DNA of 64,000 bases from Tubiluchus corallicola (GCA_030141605.1 JAQGDQ010000230.1:1-64000), one strand, 5' to 3'. Positions 1 to 14,773 are shown, counted from the first letter of the stretch. The notes: generated by a model not told the origin, from the letters alone. Numbers and translations: made by a program.

Positions 1-306
1 TAAAAAGATACTGATTATACAGAATTAGTAGAAAGGTATGCAGAAATATGAGGCAAAACTACAGAGATGCAATAAATAAAATACATAAAAAGGAAACTCT
101 CAGTGAATATTTAAATTTCTCAGAAAAATTTTGCTGATGCTTGCCAGAATTGTTTTTAAAATGATGTTAACTTTTATGCTAAGTGTTTAAATTTCTAAAA
201 AGATGCTGCTAGCCCTGTTTATCAGAGATATTTTTAAAGTGGTATGAACTATTAAAGTTTGTTGATAAAGAATGTTAATTAAGAATGTTAATTAATGGAT
301 GCTTAA

Positions 307-843
307 CCCTTTCGCTACGTACTTGCTTTTTAACTGGGCCGTATTGCGTTTTGCACATTTGACAATAATTTCTTGTGGTGTGCCAATAAACCAGAATCTT
401 GTAATTAAACAAATAGTCGTCTATTATTAAACACTAACATTAAATATTAGTTTTATTTGTAACCATGCACACACATACGTGCACACGTGTATGCACAAAT
501 GAGCACGTACTTATATTTAAAAACCAATTATCACATAAACCATAATACTAATCCATATTATGCAATCATTTTATAAGAAAGCAGAACAAGCCACTAAACA
601 TACGTTTCACCAACCATCAACAAGTGATTTTGTGTGAGAATGTACTATAATACAGTATTGTGGAATGCGTCTGGCTTCAGACGTTGATTGGCTGGTTAGC
701 ATTATTTGTTGCGAAGCAACCCCAATCCCACGGCTGTTAAACTTTTCTACAATGTTTTTGCATGGCCATAGCAGCAAAACAAACAGTGACTGTACTTAGT
801 GCTGAGCTTGTGCGGCAGTCTACCGCCTTCCTTAGTGAAAGGG
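307..843. mobile_element. piggyBac-like MITE
   Basis: TTAA|CCCTTTCGCTA ... TAGTGAAAGGG|ATAA; terminal inverted repeats with a degenerate TTAA TSD. Confidence 0.6.
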
Positions 844-994
844 ATAAAAGATCAAATTTTTGTCGTGTGCATTTCTTGTAAACCACTACTTTCAACTTAT
901 TGTGCTATAATATAATAATATAATTAATTGCTGATACAGTTTCATTTTAACCTCATTTTGAAATATTTTTAGTCGTTTTTTCCCATCTTTCTAG

Positions 995-3900
995 TGTCTC
1001 TGATCAGTTGCGGTTGTTGCCATTTGATTCCTGGTTGTCACTTCTTGCTCAAGTGTTTAACAATACAGTGCTGTTATTAATGCGTATCAAGGTATGTACC
1101 AGGTTCAGAGACTATACTGTTCTAATGTTTTCCGCCATTATATCAGCCAAATCAACCACTTTCTTAGAATTAGTTTTACACTCCATGAGAATATGGAAAC
1201 ATATTTACTGAATTTCCATCTCTAGACTGCATAAAAAATCCCGTTATTTGGTTCTCCTTTTTAATTAATGAACCACAAATAAGATTTAAGTACCTCACCT
1301 ACATCTGATGTTTTATAGTTGGTTTTATAAAAAATTCTTTACTGTACTGAACTAAACTGCAGTTTAAATTTAGGAATGTACATAAAGAATTAAAAATTTT
1401 GATTTAAACAGTGGTTATGTACAACTTCATAAGGTGCTACTGAAGGCATAACTGGAATTAATTGCATGATTTTTAAAATTGACATATTTTCACAATTCTG
1501 ATGCTGGGCATCCTAACAGCTTTCCGGTGACAGACAACCATTTGGAGGTGATCATACGTTCAATTGTTTATGTAAAGCCCTCGAATGTTGAACAAATCTA
1601 ATTAATTCTCAAGAGATTCTCTAATTCTACTTGCAGTTTAAAAATTTAATACGATTGATTTAATAAGTTAAATATATAATTTTTGTTTTTAAGGCTCTTG
1701 TCCTGTTAATGTGTGGTACCATTAGTGTTGCATCTGGTATGCTTAACACCGAATCAGCTGACAAAGCAGCAGAGTTTCTGTTGGAAGAGGATGCTGATTA
1801 CATTAATGGCATAGATGAGGATGAATCACAGATGCAAGAGGGTGCTTTAGCATCATTAAGCAGCTTGGATGCTGAGCCAGCTATTAATGTGCCGCTGTGA
1901 GTTTATTATCATACAAAACCTGCTGTTGGAAATTTGCTAGGATTTTGTTGAAGTTTCCAATTCTAGTACCAATTTTACCAAAATTGCATGGTAAAGCATC
2001 TCGAATGTTTAACAAATCTAATTAATTCTCAAGAGATTCTCTGTTTGCCATATTGAGAAGTTTTGTTGCTGAACTGTGGATGATGTTTCCATAATTGCGT
2101 TCTGGCTTTCTGACAGATTGAGCTTATTTCAAGTATCAAAAGATTTTTTTACCAGCTGGCTAAGCTCTTGTCCAGTGATTTTAGCAAGTGAAGCGAACAA
2201 AATGAATGCTAGCTGAATGAATAGGCATCATGGTCTTTCAGCTGATTGGGCCATTGTTATTTTGTAATGATAATTTTGTTAGTTTGATTTTACATTCATG
2301 AGATGACATCATTGTGATTTTACTAATTGGTGACTTAAATTTCAGTGATAATACAGTTGAGGTGATGTTGACACACTTGGAGCGAGAAAAACTCATGTCA
2401 GATCTCAGAGAGATGCTGTGCTCACTGTGTAATTATGCACACGATCGTTGCGCTAAATTATTATCAGTTAAAACCAAGGTACTTATTGTCAATCTTTCTA
2501 TTAAGACAACTTAAACAATTGTCTTAGTTATGGTAGCCTTTTAATGACAAGAGAAGAAAATGTTTTTCTTTTGGTATCATTTACAATCCAGTATGGCTGA
2601 TTGTAGAAATTTAGATGTAGGAATTTGATACAATAAGACTGAACTAGTAAACCTGAATCTCAGTAGTACAGAGTTTTTGTGAGCTTCGAGGTGAAAAAAA
2701 ATAGCAAAGTGGTCATGGTGTCTGCTTAGCAACCAAAATTAAGCAATTCAAAAGAGGCCAGTGAGTGGATGGGTGACAATAGAGTTCACTACTCGCTTTG
2801 AACGGTTTCATTCGCCTTACTGATTCTGGCTGTTTACCTCCATGAAGGAACACCGAATCTTGAGGTTTGAGGTTTTGAGGTTTTTCTTGATATCCATCTC
2901 ACATCACTGGACAGCAAGCAAGCATTGCTACTGACTCAAAAACCTGCCTTGCAGAGTGCCGAACTGCATGAAAAACAAATAATTTAGCGAGATTATTTAG
3001 CAGTTTTGAACTAACATTTAGCGTAAGTCACGCAGTTTGAATTTTGTTATTTTCCATGCTGTGTGATCAAGTGATAATTGCCACTTAGTATTAATTACTA
3101 ACTAGTAAAATTTATAAAATCGTGAATGTAATTAAAACCAAAAAAAAACTACCAACTACTTGTGTTTGGATAGGAAGGTGCACTGGAGCGTATGAGCAGC
3201 CAAGAATTCTTAGAGTTATCTCGATGTATAGAGAAGTTTTCTGTGGCATGCAGAGACATCTGTGGTCGGAAAAGCACATCTTTGCATAGTGCCTTACAGT
3301 GCCAGGTTAGGTTTCAGTTTTTTAAGTACTTCTTTTCATTTATTACATGAGTTTAAATTTTAAAGAATGTTAATTTGTTGTGATCAGCTGTAAATATTGC
3401 GTTAAGCACATTCCCCCTTTTCCCTTTTTTGCATTTTAGATTTTGCCTTCATTTGGGAAATTTTCTTTGATAAAGTTGGTGCAGTGTAACTGATTAGCAT
3501 GCTTTAGCTGCTTATTTTGTATTTTTCAGGCAGACAAGTTTGTAAATAAATTTCACGAAGAAAGGAAAAACAAATTAGGGTAAGGAAACTGCAATTTTAT
3601 TATGCGTAACATGAATTTGATTTAAAGTATCCTGTTTGATGAAAGTAATACAATATTTTTATGTAAAATGTTTTTTTTGCAATTTGACAATTCTTGCAAT
3701 AATTCTTTTTTCTTTTTTTATTTCAAGCGCCTGTTTTATTAATACTGTTTTAAATGGCATATGAGACTTACATACTTAACATTCTGTGTTAGTTATACAG
3801 TTAGCTGCGTTAAATGTTACATTTCTTTAGATTAATTATACCTTTTTTTATATATTACATGTTTTAATTTTTAGCTTAATATTAGACAATGAACGATGGA

Positions 3901-6900
3901 AGCAGGCTGATGTTCCAGCTGAGTTCCAGGAACTTGTTAACGATATTCATGAGACTGGTAAGGTTTTTCAAACAGTTATATCAAGTTAGAGTAATGTGGC
4001 TACGAATAGTCAGACATTTTAAAGCAAAAACCAAGCTTCTCAGGAAATGAACTTATAATATTTGAGAAAAATGTTAGAAGGTATTAGCACTAAAATTGTG
4101 ATAAGCGCAGCATGTTATTAATAAAGTCAATTAAGCGTTTCGATCATCTCAAGCTTGGGCGTGCTCATCCAGTTACTGGGCAATAAAAACACTCATCCCG
4201 CCAGGTGCTTGAGCGAACTTCTTTTGCAGCAACAGTTATTATTATCAACTGCAAACAATCTCAAACGTTAAACGAGAGAATATTCTTACTATTTTTTTTG
4301 CTCTTTTATGAATCCTGTTGCCAACTGTGTAATGAAAACCTGTTATCAACGAGAATATAATAATACCCAACTCGGCTAGTTAATGCCACTAGTTAGTAAC
4401 AAAATAATTATTTTAACAAGCTAAAACTAAACTGTGTGAGTTTACCTACTGTGTGCTTGCAACCTGAATTCCATGGTTCTCTCTGATTATATTGTGCAGT
4501 ACTTAAGCATTTTGAGGTATAATCCTGTGGATTTAAAATATGTAAGCACTAAAGTTATTACAAATTGATATAACAATTAATTTTTACATAAACTTAGTTA
4601 AGCACAGAGATTTAGTCAACTAGAATAGCAGAAATTCTGAGTGCACACCAGAAGCTTTGCTATGCGTGCCTTAGTGCAGCTGTCCACCAGCTTACATCAT
4701 TTTTTTCATGTATGTCCACAACAAGGTTCGATTGGTTGGAGACAAATGATTTAAATTTCTTTCGCATTTTCAAGCGAGGTATTTTTAGAAGCGTTTATGA
4801 GAGTACAGTCGACCTTGTTCGAAGGTTGGTTTTTCTTTTAAATACAGCAAAAAACTTTTGCCTCTAGCAAAATTGCTGTTACGTTTTTGACTAGTTTTTC
4901 ACAAAGGGAAGACTTTTAATAATTCGAAAAAACAGAATAAATATTATGTTTTTAAGGCAAAGATATTAGAGGGTTGGTATGGATTGAGGAAGTAAATGAC
5001 TGCTTATGACAAGGTGCCATAAACTGCAAGTGAATCACATAATAACTGACTAGGAAACATTTTACTAACTCAGCATGGTACCATTTAATTTAAAGTTTGC
5101 TGGCTAACAAATTCATCGTATTTATTAGAAACTGCACAGCAAAGATCTGATCAACTTCATTAAGAAGCACAGATTTAAAAGAAAGTGCCTCGAAATATTA
5201 TTGTGCATTTTGTATAGTGACAAAACATGTTTTGTGCATGCTAAGAGATTATCCTTTTGTTACTTATTTGTTTTGAAGGTGAATTCAGATTACTGGAGAA
5301 ACCTAATGGAAATGAGAAAAAACCAAGCGAATATCTTTTTGTAGGCAGTGAAAAATTTGTGGTTGTGGGGTAAGTACACAATGCACGTAGACTCAATAAC
5401 ATGACAAGCTGGCAGTAAAATTTTCTTACTTATTTGCATGAAACTCAGTTTCACTGCTGTGATTATGGCTATAAATTATGTTTTACTAAGCCGCGCGTTA
5501 GTTTCATTAAAGAAAAGTGCATTAAAGCTTATCTGTAGGAGCAACTTTTAATCTTCAGTCATTAATTCCAAAAGCTTAAAACAACTAAACTCTAATGATC
5601 TTTCATGTAACTTGTAGCATTTATGATTCCATTATCGTTTTTGTTGCAAATGTTTTGTTTCTCTCTTTAGCGAACACTAGGTACCAAGTTCAAAACCTAG
5701 CATAGCATGAACATTTTCACTGATTCATTTCTGTCCACTGGGAATGCGCCTCTGATAATTTGATTGCCCGTTTCCAAGTGAATTCATTAGTTGACTAGAT
5801 ATGCAATAAACTCCGTGCACCTCGGATGGCTGGGGGCCCCATAAAGTCTGTCCGAGTTCCACATTTGCACAAGACTCGTATTCGCACATTCACTTCTCGT
5901 TGGATGCACTCTGTGCTTGCTTGTATTTATTTATTCAAATGGGAGCGTACTTGTTCGGCCAAACGTTACTTAGTTTGCTTTAAAATGATTAAATGTTGAT
6001 TGGCTCCATTTGTTTTGAATATGAATCTGTTTAGAAAATACTCACCACTAATTGCAGTTATATACCCACCTCAGCACAGCTCAAGGTGGAACCACCTAGT
6101 TATAATAATTAAGTAATGAGCAGTGAAATTAAGCAAGGTTTACACATAAAAATGGTTGCGCACGTAAAAACACCATCTGCATTTATTGAGAAAGACAATC
6201 TGGTCTGGGCCTAGTGAAATGGACACTACAAGTCTGAGAAATAATATTGCAGTCAGAATTTTGTTAAAAGGGTAGAATAAATGAATTACAGGCACAAAAA
6301 TGTGCAGGAAACAAGGCAATTTACACGTGACACGTGCGTAAATATGCCGTAATATTTTTATTGATTAGTTTTCCAATTGCTTTGCACCCCCATCGTTGAT
6401 GGGAAAAGCCAGGAAAGCATGCATTCCTTGTATTGTCAAGGTTCTGAGTGTCAAAGATAAGCAGAGAAATACAATGGGTTTTGCATAAATTGTTTTTCTA
6501 AAATATACTAAGTTAAAAATACGGAGCATTCCGATTGTTTAATGGATTATATATATATATAGAAACAGATCCGTTCTACTGTGTCTGTCTGTAATGAACG
6601 ATATTCCGAATTACAAAGAACTGAAATGTGCAGATTCTACTGTACTTCATTATGGTTTGTAATTGTGTTTTTAGAACTGTACTGATGCTTTTGAAGATTG
6701 TAATGGAGTACTGCGATGTCGTCCGTGACATGCCATCTGTCTCCATGGACATAATGACACGGCTAGTAGAATTACTTAAGCTGTTTAATTCTCGTTCATG
6801 TCAGTTGGTGCTTGGCGCCGGCGCCCTCCAGCTGGTTGGTCTGAAAACTATCACCACTAAAAATCTAGGTGAGCAAACTTATGTGGTGTCTTTTTCTATG

Positions 6901-9900
6901 CTCATTTCATTACACTACTACTAGTGAGAAAGCAGAAATTAAATATTAAATTATTGAAAATTAGATAAATTAATTAAATTAATTTTCTAAAGTGAATTAC
7001 TTTTTCTTTTTGTCTGGTGAGCAGATGCAAGAAGACAAGTTGTTACATTTAAAGTCATTCTTATTTTCTCATTTGAGTGTTAATTTACAGTTATAATGCT
7101 TAAACGTATTAAGGGCGTAGCCAGGTTCTAGAGTTAGGGGGAGCAAGCAAATAAAAAAGCACAGTGACACATACCAAACAATTTTGTGTTTGATTATGTG
7201 TTGATTGGTTGGGTATTTTGCATTTAAAATCAAAACACAGGGAAGTTGCAGCTTTAAAGGAAGTACATAATTGTTTTGGATTGAAAAGTTGGCATTCAAT
7301 CTCTGACATTTTGACGATTATTTCTCTCTATTCGCAACTTCTTTCACCTTCTTTTTGTTCCACTCAGATAGTTTCTTCTTTTTAGTGTTTTGCTCCATGG
7401 CATTCCTTGCAAGAAAAAAAATCTATGATAACATGATTGTTTTCCTAAACAGTCTTAACAACTGACCATGATATGATATAACCGCCTCATAATAAAATGT
7501 GAAGACACCGAAACTTGCCTTTGCAGTACTTTATCGGTAGGCCTACTACTAGACAATCGTGTGACAGGAATATACATGTATTATAATAATTAAGTGTGGG
7601 TCCATTTGATCATTGGTTCATTCAGTCAACCTTGACAAATGAGTTGCGTAAATGTGCACTAATTTCAAAAACACGGGAGGCAGGTTGGTCAAATGAAGTA
7701 CTTAATTGTTGAAAAGGCGCCAGTTTTGAAAAATGTGCTCATGGGAGCGGTTGCTCCCTTTGCTCCCCTATTAGCTATGCCTCTGAAATGTATAGCTGGT
7801 TATTAGAAATTGAACTTGATCAAAAATTTGTCCATTTTATGATCGTGCCAAAATGTCTTTTTTTTGAGTTATGTATTTATTTAAAAAAAAATAGATTGAA
7901 ATCCATAAAAATTGAAGAAAAAATGCATTCCTGCAATGCAATGATTGGTCTTTTGTTAAAATTTACTAAAATCCGTTTTTATGAAATTTCTGTCTCCAGA
8001 GAAATAATAGGTTCAAATAACATAACTTTTTTTGATGAAATGGAGTCTGTTTTGCAGCGCTAGCATCTCGATGTTTACAACTAATGGTGCACTACATTCC
8101 TCTAATTCGAAAGCAGTTTGAACAAACAAGATCCAGCAAGAATGCAATTGTTTCAAAGCATTTTGACCATGTTTTAAAGGTAACCATAACACATCGTTGA
8201 AAAGGCTGAGTGAATGGCAAATGGCCTATGATGTTTGTCTATCACGTTTTTACACTAAGATTTATTTTCTTAGTCTTTTAAATGAAATTTAATTTAAAAT
8301 ATGATTTAACGTGTATTTAACTTTTGTTCTTATTTGTCTGCAGAAAAAGCCTAAATTATGTTGTGTTTCTTAATCTACTTATTCTGTCTTGCAAAACAAA
8401 TTGCACATTACTGAGAGAGGTACTAGAAATGGTATCAGTACTTCTGAGAGGTAAGGCATTCCTGATTTATATCTCATGAGTTTGTAAAAGTGTTACATTT
8501 TGCTATAGGATTACCTAAATCATATTGAGGAGATTGAGACAAAGTTAGTTGCTATTATGGAATTTATGATTGATCAGCAACTGGAGAAGGTACGTTCCCT
8601 CTATTTGTTTAATCACTTATTTATATGCAATGTACGGCCATATCCCGTTGAAAACACCGGTTCTCGTCTGATTACCGAAGTTAAGCAACGTAGAGCCTGG
8701 TTAGTACTTGGATGGGTGACCGCCTAGGAATACCAGGTGCTGTAAGCTTGCGGGATGCCCACACTGTATCTCGACACTAGGCGAAGGAGCTGCACAAGCA
8801 GCCAACAGCTAGAGGGCGGAGGAGGTCATGTGACCCACCGGCCATGTGTAGAGGAGTAAACCTTCCAAATCAGGAGTGGAGCCCCGAAGGCGGACCAGTG
8901 CAGCATGCTCACTGACTCCGGCAGCTCTTGCAGCCTTCCTGGTGCCAAGCGTATCGCTCCGCTTTCCTTTAGACTACACCAGGGAGGAAAAGAGGGGTTC
9001 CTGTTGTCTGGGCAACTCAGGATCTCCATACACCTTGCCCAGATGTGCTTCCAGTGGTTAAAGGATCGGACTGCTCAGCCACAGTCGACGCTGCAGCTCC
9101 ATCAATGTGATCAATAACTGACTTTTGGCGCACACTCCATTGTCTTCCGAGACAGAAGGATGCCAACAACAACAAATATATGCAATGCTAAAACATGATT
9201 TTGCTTGCCTTTTCAATCTGTTGGCATCATCAGTATTTGTTTGATTTCTTTGAATAATCTTAAAAGAAGTGATTTGCTTTAATGGAAAAGAATTCAGGCT
9301 TAAAAGTTTAATTAATTAGATTGTTGACCAAATAATTGTTTATGTACATTCTAGATTGTTTAAAATTTTAAGAGGATAGCAAAGTAGGAATTAAAACATC
9401 TTGCATATAGCTTTCACTGACCTTATAAGAGTTTAATGATTTTCAGATTAGAATGTAGTCAGTCTGTCTCCCCATCGAAAAATGTACATATCATCGTTGA
9501 TGCTTGTTTTTCATCTCTGTCTTGGATGCTAATACTCAATTAAATTTTCTGTGGCGTGTGCTCTTTTAAGTAGTTCTTTTTACTTGCAATCTGTTTTTTA
9601 TCATTTTACTTTCAAGTTTTCCTCTTTATGAACAGTATATCCTTTCAGATGCTTTGTATGATTATCTAAACACAAGTTTCAATTTTTCAGTGGGAAGCCA
9701 AACCGCCTATCCCTTCGGCTGGCATGAGATCAACTTGTAAACAAATTCTAAAACTTCACGAAGCCATAAATGAACTGCTTCCTCGTGAACAACTTACTGT
9801 AAGGCTTACAAGTTTTTTTTCTTTTTATTTATGTATAGCTGTTAGAGTAAGTGAACTTTGAAAATAAAAAAATATGATCTTTGATTTTAGTGCACTTTAA

Positions 9901-11525
9901 ACATACTCATAACTTTGACAATCCGACTTCTGCTCATGAGTGAATCGATCTATTGAACTGTGTGTTAAAAGCTAGTGCAGATTATGCGTTCTAAACTTTA
10001 AGATGATATCTAAAATTTAAAATGGATTGCTGCATTTCCATTTTCCTTCTCTTTCTGCTTAGTCTCAATATATAGCACAAAATTTTTACTTACCATTCTC
10101 TTGAAATGAAAGTAATGAACAAATTTCCTTTTCATATGGAGACCTGAATTATTATTTTGCAGAGTCTTTTTCTCAGAGTAAATGAGTCTTTCAAATTGAG
10201 ATTTAAAACCCGATTACTGAACTTGTCAATTCAAAATGATGGTGGACCACAACATGCGTGAGTATCAATTTTATTATCAGTAGCACAAACTGACAAACAC
10301 ACAGTTACTAAACAAGCACTTAAATAATCATAAGTTGTTCTTATCTATTTTGTGTTTTGATAAACTATAAGCATTTACTGATACAGTTTCTGCTCAGAAA
10401 AAGTACTGCAAATGTTTTTTACTTGTATATTTGCCAGATTGCCTATGACTATGACACATTTAGTAGACCAGTGTTAGGTTTATCGGAAACTAACTAAATG
10501 ATTTGATTATAACAGTACAGTAACCAGCAAGTTATCAACACGTGTTATTGGATTATTTCAGTATTTCTGGAGATGTACAAATATTATAATGTATATAGAC
10601 AAATCTGCTACACTCAGTGTCCAAACTACAACTATTATTTACACACATTTGACAAATGCTAGTAATACCTCGTACACTTGCTGTAGGGCACTTTTTAAGG
10701 ACCTAGTTGAATCTCAAGATCGGAAACGCAGTTCCAGTACTGTCATAAAATTACCTGATGTTGCTATTTAGGGTTTTACATGGACAATTGAACCTAGAAT
10801 CTAGACTCTATGTTTTTTGGCAGTATTTCCAGTTATTTTTCTGTTTTAATGAAAGGGAATTGTGAAATTTTATTCATAATAAATATTAATGCAAAGTGTA
10901 TGTGTAGCTATTGGCTTTATTTACATTGCCATGTTAAAAAATGGTAACAATCTGCAAGTTAATGTTTAAAAAGAATTTAGATTTTTAGAGACCCTCACAT
11001 GGCTGGTAATAGAGTAAATAGTATATAGTAAATGCTTCTTAAAACATCTAGTTTACCATTAGGTGTTTGAGGTCAGTGAAAATACCATATTTCGAAAACA
11101 CTAAATTTGTTTTAAAGAATCAGCAACATTTTGGTTGTCCTTGCAACATGTTAACCGTAACATTTTATTATTATGTCTGTGACATAAACACGTGCTTGAT
11201 TATATGTGCATGGTGTAATTACATTAATAGCGGCTAAATAACGCATTTTTGCATTTGTTCAACTTTAACGGTCATTATTTCTTGTGCGACATGCATTTGG
11301 TTCTGTAAAATAATTATACCCTTTTTTCGTAATTTGCCCCTCGGCCCCTCTACATCATTTGAATTTTGAGTTGAATTCAGACTTGCATTCTCACTGTTTC
11401 ACCTTTTCATGTGTTTCAGCATGGTGACATCCGATATAGCATTTTACTGTGGTCAGATGAAAGCTTTGGCATATCTTAGCGACGAGTTTAACAACAACAC
11501 AATTAATGTGTGGGACAACAGTTGA
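995..11525 (+). CDS. VPS54: Vacuolar protein sorting 54 (GARP complex subunit), 3' part; 5' exons lie upstream of the window
   Basis: GT-AG exons joined in frame: 995-1091, 1694-1896, 2346-2478, 3174-3305, 3530-3579, 3875-3957, 5279-5369, 6675-6868, 8058-8179, 8509-8589, 9691-9798, 10163-10257, 11420-11525 (TGA). Peptides LILDNERWKQADVPAEFQELV, LFNSRSCQLVLGAGALQLVGLKTITTKNLALASRCLQL, NDGGPQH and MVTSDIAFYCGQM...VWDNS* match VPS54. Confidence 0.95.
7111..7785. mobile_element. Degenerate MITE with AGGGCGTAGC/GCTATGCCTCT termini
   Basis: Imperfect TIRs plus subterminal GGGGGAGCAA / TTGCTCCCC inverted motifs. Confidence 0.4.
8633..8749 (+). rRNA. 5S rRNA-derived sequence (SINE head, not a free 5S gene)
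   Basis: TACGGCCATATCCCGTTGAAAACACCGGTTCTCGTCTGATTACCGAAGTTAAGCAACG...TTAGTACTTGGATGGGTGACCGCCTAGGAATACCAGGTGCTGTAAGCTT. Internal A box and C box present; first ~3 nt missing; no oligo-T terminator directly after it. Confidence 0.85.
8633..9176 (+). mobile_element. 5S rRNA-headed SINE (SINE3) with RTE-like body and tail, in a VPS54 intron
   Basis: 5S head 8633-8749, GC-rich body, 3' remnant encoding RIGLLSHSRRC (9062 onward), (CAA)n tail, 11-bp TSD TATATGCAATG at 8622-8632 and 9177-9187. Confidence 0.88.
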
Positions 11526-14500
11526 TGTTGCAACAATACATTTTAGTAAATTTGAAAGTAAATACCAATATAGCATCGAGTACCCAGCAGATATTTGCTA
11601 TGTGATAGTCACTACTCAGCTAGCACAAGGTGGTCGGTAATAACTGGCAAAAATGCATAGTAAAATCTGTCACCATAAATTGGTGACTGGTGAAATCGAG
11701 TACTTCAGTGCTGTCTGATTACTAAAATTGTTTATAAATTTCAAAAGCAAACCATAATGCTTATGAACTAGTCATCAGTGCAATCACCAAGTTTAATCTG
11801 TTATCGGATGGCTATTTATCCTTACATTATTGTTATAATGTTAAAGAAATTTTTACATCGACTCAAAATTTCTTGTTACCTTAAGACTCGTAACAACAAC
11901 CACATTTTGTTTAATAAATCTGACTTAGTTATGCCATACTGCATTCAATGTGTTGATCAGAAATTAGGATGGCTGCTTTGTTTGCATGTTTTGTTGGGCA
12001 TTATGGCCTCAAAAACGATTTTTTTGTGTGAAAATAATGTGTTACTGTGTTTAAGTTAATAATATTCTTTAATTACTGTAATTTAATACTGAGCATAATC
12101 AATAATGATAGTATTGACTTGTTGCATTTAATTTTATTTTGCCTGTAAATATGAATAAACAAGGGTGAAACTGTTTATAAAGCTTAATACACGCATCACT
12201 TAGCTTCTTAATTTAAATGTTAATTTATAATTTCGTTTTTGAAATCATTTAGCAGAAATTATATAACTTACCAACATTATTAGTGAACATACAAGATTAT
12301 GATAAGAAATTATATTTTTTAACAGATTTTATTCCACACAGACAACTTGATCACTAAAACCACAATAAATTGCAACAACAACAATTCTACATTCTTACTT
12401 CAAGAAACTAAACAATTCTACACTCTTATTTCAATAAAATATCATAATTTTATGATACTAACTTTGGTTGAGATGATGTAGATAAACGTAACTAAGAGTA
12501 CATAAATCCAGAGGTTTCCTAAAAGTAACATTCAATTGTAGAAACAACTTTTGCTATATATTGAGCCATTTTCATATTGAGCTCTTGAAAATAGTACCAA
12601 AATTTTCTTAGGTGATACTGCGTTTAGTATCCTAGGTTTCCTTGTAGTTTTCATACATTTCTTTCATACCTTCCTTTGTACATTTCAGCAATTTGCCACA
12701 TCATGCCACACTATCAAATTCATTTAGAATGGGAAAATATGCTAATTTGCCATTTTTACGGTGTTAGTGTGCATAATGCGTGTGTGTGTGCAAGAAATAG
12801 TTTGGCAGTACCAGGTTCTCTTACTTAGGTGTGAGCCTTGGTCTAACTGTAAAATGCTACACACAATACAAATAAACTATTCAAAATGGCATCAGAAAAA
12901 AGTGCCAATTGGAAACAACCATACCAGCTCTAGGACTGAGTTTGATACCACCACATCACAGTGACATATTTAGTGGCACAAAAAATATGCTAAAGTTTAG
13001 ACTACAGTAATAAGTAGAAGCACGGGTCATGTAGAAAAATGGTTGAAATTTCACAGTTTGATATTACCTGTTAGTTATAGGTGTAAAATTTACACTTTAT
13101 AGCTTTGTAGTTTTTAAGTTATAGTCGAAAACCTTTTGCATCTTAAAAATATAATGCAGGAAGATCTAATCATCATTTGAAACATGGTCACATTGATGTA
13201 TGGAGCAATTAACAGGTGTTAGCAGAACAACAAAGAAATTCACACATACATACACATTTCCTACGTAAAGACGAATAGCCAGAATCCTTAATTCTTCAGA
13301 CAATGGTTACCTCGATTTTCTTTACAGAAAGTGTATGATGGTCACACAGATCCATTTCACGCGGAGGAACTAAAGGGGAAAATTGTTTGTTGGGACGAGC
13401 ATCCTTAGAGAAGTGCCATGCTTGAAATGAAAGTGGTTGACACAGAGTACCTGCTGTAATTTTTAACAATAGTGACACGGGGAAATCATAGTAAGCTTAT
13501 AGAATATCACTGTAATAATTTTCATACGATTCCATTGCAGTATTTACTTCCTACAATATCATAATCAAAATTCTGGCCCGTTTTTATGCCACCTGATATA
13601 GTAGTCATTAACGGAAATTTAAAAGCGAGAATTATGTTTAAAAGGTTCCAAATACAGCCTTTGTTTAACAAACAAGAATAAATTAGAAAAAGCATTAGAA
13701 ATGTAAAAATAGTGAGAAGAAGAGAAAAAGCCAGGGCACTATAGTGCAAAGTACTCCAGGGAACTGCCGATTAGCAAAATAGCTAACATCCATCTACAAT
13801 GCTTATTCACTGCTATTTTATTTAAATAACTAAAAAGATATTGACTAAACAAACACTTTTTTCAGTTAGTTACACAGCACAAATGCTTCCCTAACAAGAC
13901 GAGCCCACTCCTTTTTGGTTGGCAAAATTTCTTATCAAAGTTTCAAAGCTTATTATTATAAAAGTGACTGAATGTATTCTTCTTTACCTAAATGGCTTCA
14001 TCAACCATATATAGTTGAATCACTGTAATACTATTTTTAAAGGACCAAAAGATTTTTTGTATTAATTGTGTTTCGTACTATCCATTACGCATATTAATGC
14101 TAAGTGATAATATGTTACTTCTAATGTAAAATAGGTCTAATGACACCTGTAGTCTCTACATCGGTTTTCTTTTGATCAACTGACAATTGATTAACTTTTG
14201 ATAATTGAAGCTTGTTAACCCCTGTTTCCCACAAATACAAACTGCAAAATTATCTCAACATGCTGCCAGTTAGACTAGAAACAAGTCTGGAAGACAGAGG
14301 GTTAGTGGTGCTAGAGTCTAGTATGTTGCTTTTTGCAGCGTTGGTATTGTAATTGGATATCTGTAAATGAGGCATAACTGTTTACGGATAGGTAGACAGG
14401 AAGTGACAAATATGTAACAATTCGAACTATAAAGCAAATTTTTATCAAAGTGGAAAGCCGAAGACTTTTTGGAGATCAGCAAGTACACTGCACAATGCAA

Positions 14501-14773
14501 TTTTTTCTCACTATGTAGTATGCAGCTGACCGAGTAAATCACCATGTCGGCCTAACTAGGATACTGCATGCACATGCATTATGACCCATAATGAGTTGTA
14601 AAATCAATCAAGTAAGTTTATAATCACGGTAAAGAGTGTCTAGACAAGGCAGGCCACAACAACCGTATCACAATGTTTCTTTATATTAAACTGATAATGG
14701 CGGTTTCGTAGTAACAATACATGCTTACGTAGGTTTTATTATAACCTTGGCAGAGAAATGATAAAATCATCGT

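Noticed and set aside
8633-8749. Functional 5S rRNA gene
   Set aside because: 5' bases are missing, there is no terminator after the 5S part, and it lies within a TSD-flanked retroposon.
8826-9117. Overlapping small ORFs in the ORF track
   Set aside because: By-products of the GC-rich SINE body; only the RIGLLSHSRRC remnant is meaningful.
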